Below, one piece after another: positions 36,810-47,565 of a stretch of DNA of 64,000 bases. The notes below the pieces were generated by a model. The model saw nothing but the letters and a program-made list of their open reading frames with translations, had not been told where the DNA came from and did not search any database. Location: assembly GCF_000143415.4 (NCBI RefSeq), contig NW_003314282.1:1693374-1757373 (forward strand). The letters are read 5' to 3'. This DNA is from Selaginella moellendorffii (lineage: Eukaryota > Plantae > Lycopodiophyta). Position 1 is the first letter of the stretch, and each line of letters starts with the position of its first letter. Both the position numbers and the translations under genes were made by a program.

Positions 36810-38124
36810 TCTATGAGCGCTTGGTGGCAACGTAGACAAAATTGGTGCCAGTCGCGTAATGCTCTTGCTTTGTGTTGATAAAGTTTTGGACTTCCATGGG
36901 GATGGGGTTCGGGTATTCGGAGAGCTCGCTCCCGGAGTATGGTTTAGCTGGAACACGGTGCGAGAGAGTTATTCCATAACCAAAACGTAGATTTCTTACG
37001 CAGAATCCAGCAGTTTGTGATCCAACTCATGCCCCGGTCCATCAAAGCGGGCACTCTGATGAGAGGGAAGCCATACGTAACCTGGAATGGATGAGAGGAA
37101 CCGAAAGGTTAGCTCTGGCAGCGAAAGAATGGTCTTGGTTTTCCTTACCATGACAAAATTGCCACCCGGTTTTATGACCCTGGAGGTAACGGATGAGTGA
37201 AGGCATGTCAGTAGATAATGGAGAGGAAAAGCGTACCTGTACATCTCTCGCAGCATCTGGGTTACGTCTCCCGCACCGTTAGTCGCACACTGAGCAAAAG
37301 ATACTGAATCCAGAGAGTAAAGAAAAAGATTGCGAGATACTTACAACCATCGCATCTACCAGACCTGTAAAAGCCACGGTGATATTCTGCAAGATAGTGC
37401 AAGGAAGAGAGTACAAGCGTCTCTTTTACCTTTGTCAATTGCAGCATCGAAAGTATTGTCTTTGAATTCGCCCATGTTCCGAACGTCCATGGTTTTATCT
37501 GAAAAGGAAAAAGAAACTCCGAAGATATAAAAAAAAGAAGGCGTGATCTTACATGAAAGTTGAGGCATGTGTTTGTACTTATACTGCAAAGCGTTGATCA
37601 AAACGGACGAGTAATCTACGTTGACAATGTTTTGATAGCCATCTCTCACCATATCCTCGGACATAACTGCGAAAAGAGAGATTTTTAGTTCACGAGCTAC
37701 ACAAGTTCTTGAGAAACCAAGGAAAAACAAAGCTTTGGAAGAGAGCTCACCCGCATTGCCACAGCCAGCCATCAAAACCCGGGCAGATTTTGGTATATGC
37801 TTCTTCAAAATTGGTTGGAGATCAGCATAGCGTTGATACCAATCGAATGTCATGAACGCCTCCTCTGCGTAGCGTTTGTTCCAATACTCCTCTTCGCCAT
37901 ACCTCGTGTCCTCTCGCTGCTTCTTCGTAGCGGAAGAGAAGCCCCTCGACGGACCATTTCCAGCTGCAAGGAAACAACGAGACCGATCAATGACACGCAA
38001 AATCACACGAAGTAGAGGGATTCTTACCGACTGCCCGAATGAGCGAGCACTTGCGATTGAATTTGAGCCCCCCAAATGCGGGGGTGATCGTCGTAGCGCC
38101 CGGATGCAGCGCTACGCGATGCAT
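36810..38124 (-). CDS. Class I SAM-dependent methyltransferase (EEF1AKMT4/METTL13-N-like) with probable transit peptide, multi-exon
   Basis: YGEEEYWNKRY..FDWYQRY, VLMAGCGNA, NIVNVDYS, MDVRNM..FDAAIDKG, MLREMYR|VIKPGG. The 3' end is approximate. Confidence 0.85.
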
Positions 38125-38266
38125 TCTTCCCGCCCGTAGTAAACCCTAAACCCTAGCGCTACGAAGATATTTCTCTGAGAAATCCTTGGCTGCGATTGCG
38201 ACGCGTGGCAGTAAGATTATTGACAAAATTTTTACTGCTTGTGTAGTTACTACCTAGTGGCAAAAT

Positions 38267-41200
38267 TTACTGCGTGTTTTGTTCGTGTAGTCTCAAGCAC
38301 TGCGAAAGAGAAGATCGAGAGATTTCTCGCCTAAAACTAGAAAGAACGTGGAGCTTACCTTGTAGCAAGCGATTGATTCGTTTGGAAAAACTGCGAAGAG
38401 TTTTGTTCCAATCCGTGCGTTGCACGAGCTGCAGACACTCTCGCCAGTGACTTGAATCTCCCGAGATCTTTCCTCGAGTTTTTCCATCCTGGTCTGGAAG
38501 TTGATGCCTCGAGTCAAGTGCTTTTCGATCTAGAGTGATGGCAGCGGAGCCCATGAGAACCAAACGAGAAACACGATTGATCGCGTACCTGGCCCTGGCG
38601 ATGGAGATGAATGCGAGCTCGTAGCGTTCTCACGAGCGCCTCAGATGCCAAGTGAAGTGGCATGTCCGGTGGCAAAGCCTGGAACGCATTGTTTTTAGAA
38701 CAAGGATGGATAAGAAAAGTAGATGGGCATCCTTACATCCAAAACTTCTATCGGGTCGAGCTGGGGACCATGCCGATCAAGTAGCCGAACAGCATGTTTT
38801 ACGTTATTTCCTTCGTTCCCAAGATAAGTCTGGAGCAGCCTGCAGGAATTGACAAGGATAAGCCACCAAGGAAAACATGGGACTGAATTACGTAACTGCA
38901 TGTATGCGTCGGGGCGGCCAAGCTCTGCACAGTAGTTTTCTGCAGCATCGCTATCCTCGAGTTTCCTGAAACAAATAAAAACGGTTACAATCAACTCTCG
39001 GCAATCAAAGACTTACAAAGCCAGGATTTCCAGTGCGAGTTTCTCATTTCCCTGTTTCCTATGCAAAATTGCCTGGAGCCTCAGGGGTCAGTCCAGCTGT
39101 TAAGATCCATGTAATGTGTTATTACCTGTTCCCTCCAGAGATTTGTTCCTCTTATCAAGTCGAGCACAGCACCAACATCATACTTACTCGAACTCTCAAG
39201 AAAGGACTGTAAAGCCGCTCTGGAATCCGGTCCCTCGTCAGCTTGAAGTACTGAGTGAGAAAGAGACAGTGCCAGTTCAGTATGAATATGCGCATCGTCA
39301 AAGCCCTGGTCATCAATAAGCCATTGTAGGTACCTGACAGGTGCGTAATATTCATATGAAGTCCACCAAGAAAATCTAAACAATTTCTTTACCTTTGACG
39401 AATCATGGTGCTGTCTGCTTCAAGTACTCGTAGAACATCATCTGCAAAAGCAAGTAAGTAACAGCTCAGAAAAAAATTGGTTTTCCAACCTGCTGGAAGT
39501 GCTTTAGTCCTTTGAGGCGATGTGAGTATACGGAATGCCATGTTCTCGTCCAATCGAATAACCTGTACTGTATGTTGTAGTCAGGCTGACGAAAGTGAAG
39601 CTTGATACGAACCCAAAGTACGTGCCGGAGTACCAAGTCAGTATCAAAACATCTCTCTAGCAGCCTAGCTGTTTCCAGTGTGGCTGACTGCTCGGCTGAT
39701 TGAGCAAGATAGTGCCATGTTTCGAGCGCACAGTCCAGCATGTTCTTACTTTCGTACAAAAACGCCAAAGCACGAAATTGCCCAGAGGTTCTTAGCAAGC
39801 TTTCCACTTCCTCCTGCTTTGTCAGTCATACTCTGAACAAAAAGGAAGCATGAGTACACGTACCAAAAGGCAGTGATTGCTGGCGGCAACAAGCGCTTCA
39901 AGCTCCTTTGTAGCCCCTAGTTCGATATAAAGCTTCACTAAGACCGTATCGACGGCATCTCTTGATGTCGAGCTTAAATCTTTTTTCCGTGTTGTCTCCC
40001 AGTATCTAGATGAAGCAAATTCGACAGATGTTAATGCGTCTAAGATAGAACTTTTTAAAACATAGATACCTCCCGAAACACTGAAAAGCTTCCAATTGAT
40101 ACTGTGTCATCAATTGTCCACTTCTGCTACCGCCCTGAAACTGCTTCGACTTAATCGGCGACGTGAGCAGACCATTTTGTAGAGAATATAAACCGCTTTC
40201 GATAACTGTACGTATTGGCTGAGGAGGTGCGTGAAGCCCCCAGTAGCGCTTTCGAGGGACCTGAAAGCCACGACGTTAGCCACAGCGGAGATTCACCAGA
40301 AACAAGTACCATATTCCGCCAGCGAGAAGTAAGAGACGGAAAGAAAGGAAATAATTCCATAGGCTCGACAATGTCCGACCGCAAGAAGTGATCAATGGCT
40401 TCTTCAAAACGGAGGTCGGCAAGAAGCAAGAACCCGGCTTCAGCATGCACCATGCCCAGCTTTGACTTAGCACCCTCTTCCTCATTCGCCAGTTTCACAG
40501 CCTCCGAGTACTGCTTCTGCTTTAAAAGATCTTTTAGCTGGTCATCCACCGAAATTCGAGTGAAACACGAGACCTGCCGATTATATACCAGATGAATGAG
40601 AATCAGAGACATCACAAGTTAACATACCTTGTCACCATTGGCGATGACGATGATTCCATCGTTATCATCCGTTATAAGGCGAGGTGGCTCAACCGGAACG
40701 GAGCCATAGGCCAGCGACTGGACCTTGGAGCCGGTTTGAGAATGGTAGAGCTCCACAACACCCTTGTTGACGACCAATGCATACGGCGAGCTCTGTCCAA
40801 CGGCGTCTGGAATCTCCGAGAACACCAGACTTCCTCCCACGGGAAGACCTTCTTCGTTCACCATGATCCCCGCAATATCCATCACCAGTAGAACCAGTGA
40901 CTCCTTTGGAAATGGCTTGAGCAGAGGCTTCCAGGGGCTCTCCACCGGAAACGAAAACAGCCTCGTAGCTCGGGAGTCCCGCAAGGTGAAGAGTATGTAC
41001 TCGCGGCTCGTCCCAATGAAGATGGAGTTCTTCACCCAGGCAAGAGCGTGAGCTCCTTCAATCCCAAAGAGTTCTCGCATGAGAGAGAGCTTCGTCACTG
41101 GAAGACCATCCGGTGATGCTACGTTCTCTTTCTCTTGCCGCCACGAGACGACCTCGAACAATAGGATCTTGCTCCTCACAGCCACTGCCAAATGAGCTCG

Positions 41201-41833
41201 ATCACCACCATCCGCCAACCGAGGCGATGGTGGGACTCTCGTCTCATCGAAAGATATAGCGTGAGCTATGGCAGTCACGCCCTTGCAGCCTGGAATGCTC
41301 CCCAGTGATTCCAACGAGAGAAAATCGACGAGGAGTACCTGGCCATCCACAAGAACCGCTGCCTGGCCGACGATCTCAAGAACACACACCGCTTCCACGG
41401 TCCGTCCCAGAGACTTGAGCGTCACGAGCCTCAAATCGCTACGCTGCCGCTCGGGAGAAGCCGCCGATCCATTGCTCTTGAGCGACTCTACGTCGATCCC
41501 TTCCCGGGAAGGAGAATGCGAGTGCCTGAGAGGAGAAGCCGGCGGCGACGGCTGTGAATTCCGGGGAGAGCTCCTGGCCGGACGGATCCTGGGAGATTGG
41601 AGAGCAGCAGTAGCAGCACTGGCCGATCTTTTCCACGAGTAGAGAAGCAAATATCCTGAATCTGTCCCCAGGTAGACAAGAACCGAAGAATCCTCGCGTT
41701 GCTGAGCCACGGCAGCTGCAGTGATGGAGCAGGGCGGGATCGCTGCCGATCGCAGCGGAAATTCCTCTACCGCTACCTTGAGTACCTTGCGGCCGGCAGC
41801 GCCTAGCTTGCGCCGCTCCATGGAATCGGTCAT
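38267..41833 (-). CDS. VPS3: Vacuolar sorting protein 3 / TRAP1-Vps39 family (CORVET subunit), multi-exon
   Basis: N-terminal CNH-like propeller exon, HAEAGFLLLADLRFEEA, PRKRYWGLHAPP, VDTVLVKLY, clathrin-like repeats, and C-terminal CSSCNARIGTKLFAVFP..CYKC. Confidence 0.85.
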
Positions 41834-41931
41834 CGCCCGTCTAAACCCTAGAATAGAAGAGAAGAGCTAGGGTTCTTCAAAAACATCGTTTTCACGAAGA
41901 ACTTTCTTTTTGGAAGAGACAACGTTACTCC

Positions 41932-42800
41932 CTAGAGATCTCTCCTCGGGATCGTTCTACACGATTTTCCAAGGCGCCGCGGCGATGGTGATGGGGACAA
42001 TTGCGCATCGCTATCGGACAATGCCACCCACATTTGCTGCTGCTCCGATCGATAGTGGATCAGCTCCATGGATTTGGATTGCTGCCGCGGCAAACTCTCG
42101 CCGCGATCTTCTCTAGCTCGGATGATCCTGCCCGACTGGGAAATCCGCGCTGCCTGTTCGCCGATTCCATGCCTCAAACTTATCTCCCGCAAAGGTGGCG
42201 GCGGTGGTGGTGGCGACGCTTCTGCCTTGCGCGAAGAACTGGAGCTCGCTCCGCTATCGCACGGCTTGCTCGAGCGTGGAAACGAGAAGATCGTCGTCAG
42301 CTTGCAGTTGCATCCACTGTCATCGTCGTTTGCTGGTCTCGGCGATCGCGTCGTCGCGAGCTTTTGCTTTTGATCCGAGATATGGTGTTTTCTCGGCGTT
42401 GGAGATGGAGCAACGGGAGGAGCAGGATACTGGAGTGCCAGGATGAGCTCTTTCGTCGCCAGTTCGGCGTTTTTTCGCCGAGCAATCTCGCCCTCTAGCC
42501 TGTTCTCCAGCTGACATATCTGTGCAACAATCTCTCAGCTCATCGGAAACTAGACTCTTGAGAGAAACAATGGCTTGCCTTTCCTTCGAGATCCGCTGTT
42601 TTCCCACGAAGAACTTTGCAGATTGAGCGCTCGGAAACGAGGCGGGCACGAAGAAACTCGATGGTCACCTCGGCTTTGTGGAGGTCGGATTCAAGAGGCG
42701 TCCTGGATATAACGCAAGATGAAAAAACTTGGAAGTAAATTGGAGAGCAACCAATCGCCTTACCTCTGCTGCATTCTTCCAAAGCAAACGTAACTTCAGC
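41932..42800 (-). CDS. Conserved plant coiled-coil protein of unknown function, multi-exon (start uncertain)
   Basis: Spliced reading VTIEFLRARLVSERSICKVLRGKTADLEGK|ICQLENRLEGEIARRKNAELATKELILAL via a GC-AG intron, then open to the stop at 41932. Resembles the plant 'EFLRARLLSER' uncharacterised family as I recall it. Confidence 0.6.
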
Positions 42801-43033
42801 TCCCCTCAAGAAGTGTAAAGACAACCATGCCTCTTCAACTTCCTCTTCATACTTTCTTTTGTTGCAAAATTAGAGAGTTACCCGCATGGGAAATAGTTTT
42901 ATCACTCGCACGCCCCCAAAACGGCAGGACAAATATGCCAACACTTTCCTCCGAATTGCATGGCCCAGCTGAAATATCTGGACTGAAAAAGAAAGAAAAA
43001 AGACACTGTCTGATTAGTCACGAGGAACAAAAA

Positions 43034-44533
43034 TCACATCGACAGTCTTAGATTCAAGTCTAACGAGACACCGTCAGCGTAGCCATCGGCAGCTTTGCCA
43101 CCAATGCGTATCCAGTTGATCCAGGTCCCGTCCTGGAAAAAAGCGAAACAAAGATCAAAGATATACCTTCGAAGACAAAAGATTTCCAACCTTTTGCTGC
43201 GACTTGCTTGTTAGTTGATGAAGATCCTTGGCACCATTTCTCTTGAGCGATTTTCTCGGGGAGCTTGCCAGACCGAGCGTGAGGAAATCACTCAGAGGCG
43301 TGCTCTCGATCTCGACGTCGGGGAAAGCTCCAGCAGCGGTGACTTGCGGCCGTCTCTCGGAGACAACCGGAGACGACGACACGGTGGAGCAGCTGGTGTT
43401 AACCACAGTGGGCGATGGCGTCGTGGAATCATTCAGAGACGTCCCCGTAGCAAGTGTCCTGTCAGTTTGGTGATCATCTTTCTCCAACCATGTCGCAAGC
43501 ATGACTGGTTTTTCCACTGGCGGACTCGAGCCTCCGGGAGCATTGTCACGAGTGACACTGCAGGAATATATTGAGGATGTGATAGAAGTGGACTTTTAAA
43601 AGAGCAAAGTCAAGTAGAAAGTAGAATTACTTGGCTTACCCGAGATCTGATCCGTTCGGAGGAGACACATTCTTTGGACGGAGCCATAATTCAAGCCTGG
43701 GCCGCTTCCTCTGAGACGACAAAGTCTAGAAAAAAGAAAAGAATCTCTGATGTCACTAAAACATCGGCCACGGATATTAAACACGCATATCGATGCGAAT
43801 AAGTACCGTTTTGTCGTCCGAAGTCCAGTGTTGATGGCGATCAATTTGGAATGAAGAGAGCTCTTTTGAATTTCGTTGCGGAGGAGCCGTGCCAAGCTGC
43901 AAGACAGGGCATTGTTGGCGTGAGTGAGCGTTGCTTCAAGAACAAGAAAAGAAAGATACGAGAAAGAGATAAAGAGATGCGTACCACGGCAAACTCCATC
44001 TGTTGCTGTCGAGGCAAACCCGGCGGCCTTGATGCGGAGTTAAGCAGCGGAGGAGGAGGAGGAGGAGGCGATCGATGATAAGCACCTTGCGTCGAATCTT
44101 GCCAAGAGGATGGCACTGGATTCATAGAGCTGTGATGATTCATTCGCGTCAGCTTGTCCACGCAAAAGGAGCTCGGATGAAGCGCGCTCCTGGAGCAAGG
44201 ACTGTTGTCCTTCTCTCCCGGACAAGAGAGCCCGCTGGAAGAGATTTGCGAGAGGAGCGCGGCATGATGCTGGCCGGGCAGCAGTGGGAGCATTGGCCAT
44301 TGCTGCGGAATCATCAAGCCCAGGGATCTATCGAGTACCTGGTGATCCACCGGGGCCGGAGGACGAGGAGGGAATGAGAAATCCTGCTGCTGCTGCTGCT
44401 CCTGGAGCCGGAGCTTCTCCAGCTGCGCCACACCCAGCCCTCGCTGCGGCTGCTTCTTCTGCCCCCCATTCTTCGCCTTCCTCACGGCGCAAGGCCTGGA
44501 AGCAGCGGCAACAGCGCTAGTTTTACCCGACAT
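43034..44533 (-). CDS. SPOROCYTELESS/NOZZLE-like EAR-motif repressor (SPEAR/TIE family), multi-exon
   Basis: SPL domain KKQPQRGLGVAQLEKLRLQE near the N-terminus; the last exon ends SLDLNLRLSM* (LxLxL EAR motif). Confidence 0.88.
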
Positions 44534-44947
44534 GGCTGCATCACAAATGCCGCCATCGGCGCCATGGCTCCACCATCGCCGCGAAGAACCCTAATCTTCG
44601 ATCCAGCAAAATAAGGAGGAGAGAGAGATCACAACACTGGCGGGGCGAAAGAAAGAGAGCAGCAGTTTCAATATAAGAAAGAGATGGCCACAATTATGAG
44701 CCACTGGCTGGGCCAGGTGGTCATTGTCCCAAATTGGAAATGTGGATGCTGGCGTAGTTCCGGTCCAATGGAAATGCATGGAGCAGGGATGCAAAGATCC
44801 GGGTCCATCTTGCCAGGAGCTTGGGCCCTACAGTTATTTGGCCACTGGCCACTACTTATCCAAATCTAAGCATCGCCATTTATTTAACCTCCTCTATTTA
44901 AGCCTGGAGATAGCCGTTGACTATTTGACCGTCGTTGACCATTTAGG

Positions 44948-46876
44948 TTAATAGTGTTTTGCCAGGGCCGTCGTGGAGAGGAGAATGTAGTTCGAGGCTT
45001 GCCTGGGATCGATCCTGGACGCTTGATTCGCGGCGCGAGCTCCGGTGATTGGGTCTTCGTGGACTCTACAAGCGCCCAGCAGCGCAGTCCACGCGCTAAC
45101 ATCCGCCGCAAAGGGCATCTCTCGCGTGAGCTGCGAGGCCTCCTCCAAGAGCCCAGCGCGTCCCAGGAGATCAACCACGCACTGGTAGTGCTCCATGTCG
45201 GGCTCGATTCCATAGTCCCGGATCATCCCCAAGAACTGGTCGTGGCCCTCGAAGAGAAGCCCGCCATGGCTACACGCCGCGAGGACGCTGGTAAACGTAA
45301 TCTTGTCCGGGCGAATGCCGTACAGGGCCATGACGCGCAGCAGCCCTGGCGCCTCGTCGTACGGCCCGTTGGTGGCCAACGCCGTACACATGGAGTTCCA
45401 GGGCATCACATTCCTCTCGGGCATCTCCGCGAATAGGCTCCGGGCCGAGTCCACGTCGCCAGCGCGGGCGTGCAGAGGGATCATGAGCGCCCACGTCACC
45501 CCGTCGACGAGCGGCATCCGCGCGAACACGTCGCCGGCCTCGCGCAGCCGTCCGTTGGCGGCATACGCGGCGATCATCGCGTTGTAGGAGATGAGGTCGT
45601 GGCGGGGGATGGAATCGAACATGGCACGTGCGTCGCTGACGTGGCCCTGAGAGGCAAATGCCGCGATCATGGCCGTCCGTGTGATGATGTTTGGCTCCGG
45701 GATTAAGCTAAACATCTCTTTTGCCTGTGCAAAATGCCCGCCCTGGGCATATTCCTGGAGCATCGCCGTGCACAGCACTATGTCCTGCTGGGGCAGCAGC
45801 CAAAACATCTCCTGGGACTCGGGAATATGCCCGTGTCGGGAATATCCAAGCACGACCGTCGTCCACGTAATCATGTCCTTGGTCGGCATGGAATCGAACA
45901 CGCGCTTGGTTTCTTCAAGGAGGCCATTCTCTGCCAGCGCCAGCAGCATCACCATCCACGACCGGATGTTTTGCTTGGGGATTACGGCAAAGATTTCACG
46001 CACAGAGTCCACTTCCCGTGCCTGGGCACCCGCGGAGAGCAATCCATTCCACGAGATGAGATTCTTCTCCGGCATTCGATCAAAGAGTTCTCTTGCTCGA
46101 TCGAAATCCCTGTTCTCGATGTGAACTCTGAATAGCGCGTTCCATGCCGGGAGGTCCTTCACTGGAAGAAGATCGAAGAGGGCTTCCGTCTCAAACAAAT
46201 GCCCGTTTGCGGCAAATGCTGTGAGCATGCAGTTCCAGGAAAAGGTATTTCGCACGGGCATTTGATCAAAGAAAATCTTTGTTTCTTCCACATCCGCTCC
46301 TTCAACAAGGCACGCAAGAACTATTGTCCAGGAGACTACATTCAAATGAGGCATAAGATTAAAGAACAGTTTAGCTTCCAGAAAATGCCCGTTTTGGGCA
46401 AATGCTTGCAAAAGCGTGTTCCAGGTGACAAGATCTCTCTGGCTGGACGAATCGAAGAGCTGCTTCACTGCCTCGAGCTCACCCACGCTGGCGTACGCAT
46501 TGATCATCATGGTTGTAGAGGCCATGTCCCGGATCGAGCCGGGCATTCGATCAAACAGCTCTTTGGCATCGCGGAGATTGCCGTGCTCCACATACGCCTG
46601 GATCATCCCGTTCCAGGAGAAGAGATTGGGCTGCTTGATCGTGTCGAAGACGAGGCGGGCGTCGCGGATGGCGCCACATTTGCCGTGCGTCTCGATGAGG
46701 AGATTGGCAAGGAATCGATTGCTTGCGTGTGGGCTGTGGAGGACTTGCGTGTGGAGGCGATTGGCTTGGGCGGCATCCCTGGCATCTCGGCAAGCTCGCA
46801 GGCGCTGGGCGAGCGTTGGAACGTCCGGGACGTAATCGTCGACAATCCTTGCTACCCATTTCTTACACATCAACAA
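44948..46876 (-). CDS. Pentatricopeptide repeat protein (PLS-type, E domain), 642 aa
   Basis: Tandem PPR repeats; PDKITFTSVLAACSHGG, HYQCVVDLLGRAGLL, WTALLGACRVH. Confidence 0.93.
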   Translation of the reverse strand: MLMCKKWVARIVDDYVPDVPTLAQRLRACRDARDAAQANRLHTQVLHSPHASNRFLANLLIETHGKCGAIRDARLVFDTIKQPNLFSWNGMIQAYVEHGNLRDAKELFDRMPGSIRDMASTTMMINAYASVGELEAVKQLFDSSSQRDLVTWNTLLQAFAQNGHFLEAKLFFNLMPHLNVVSWTIVLACLVEGADVEETKIFFDQMPVRNTFSWNCMLTAFAANGHLFETEALFDLLPVKDLPAWNALFRVHIENRDFDRARELFDRMPEKNLISWNGLLSAGAQAREVDSVREIFAVIPKQNIRSWMVMLLALAENGLLEETKRVFDSMPTKDMITWTTVVLGYSRHGHIPESQEMFWLLPQQDIVLCTAMLQEYAQGGHFAQAKEMFSLIPEPNIITRTAMIAAFASQGHVSDARAMFDSIPRHDLISYNAMIAAYAANGRLREAGDVFARMPLVDGVTWALMIPLHARAGDVDSARSLFAEMPERNVMPWNSMCTALATNGPYDEAPGLLRVMALYGIRPDKITFTSVLAACSHGGLLFEGHDQFLGMIRDYGIEPDMEHYQCVVDLLGRAGLLEEASQLTREMPFAADVSAWTALLGACRVHEDPITGARAANQASRIDPRQASNYILLSTTALAKHY

Positions 46877-46959
46877 TCCATCATCTCCTCATGCTAGACT
46901 TCGTTGATGGATTTGGATTATTGAAAGACTAATGTGACTATTCTAATAAGAAATGTTGA

Positions 46960-47032
46960 GGGGGTGTAGCTCAGATGGTAGAGCGATCGCTTCGCATGCG
47001 ATAGGTAAGGGGATCGATGCCCCTCACCTCCA
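46960..47032 (+). tRNA. tRNA-Ala(CGC)
   Basis: 73-nt cloverleaf: acceptor GGGGGTG/CACCTCC with G3:U70, D arm GCTC/GAGC, anticodon stem ATCGC/GCGAT with loop TTCGCAT, T arm AGGGG-ATCGATG-CCCCT. Confidence 0.95.
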
Positions 47033-47565
47033 GCTTGGGCAATGCCACAGCTGTCATTGGCAAGAAAAAGTTTTAGCGCCTAGACGTTGGATCGTGGCAA
47101 GAAAATAGAGATTTTACTATGTCAACGTAGAAGTAAATTTTCTACTTCTATGGATTCAGCATTGTTTGGAAAGACTAGGGTTTTATATGTTCCATTTGAT
47201 TAATTAACATCAATGTTACCATAAACAAGATAGACAAATGTTCTAGGTGATAAGATCTCTCGCAGAAGGAAGAGCTCTACTTTGCATGAGTGGAAGAATC
47301 CGACCTTAAAATCAAGGAATCGTTTGCTTCCGTGTGTACTTGTGAAAGATTTGAGTGTGGACGCCTGGGGCCGTCATCCATGGCCATAGAAAGCTTTGCA
47401 AGGCGCTCGCTACCTTGCTCATCAATCAATCAATCATGCCTTCATGCTTACTTCGTGTGGCTTGATTCAATCTAGAAGGAATCGAGCCGGCATTGGTGGC
47501 GTGCTTCATACCTCTTTTCCAGCGTCTATATATCGAGCGCCCAAAAAAGTTGGAGACAATTGCCA

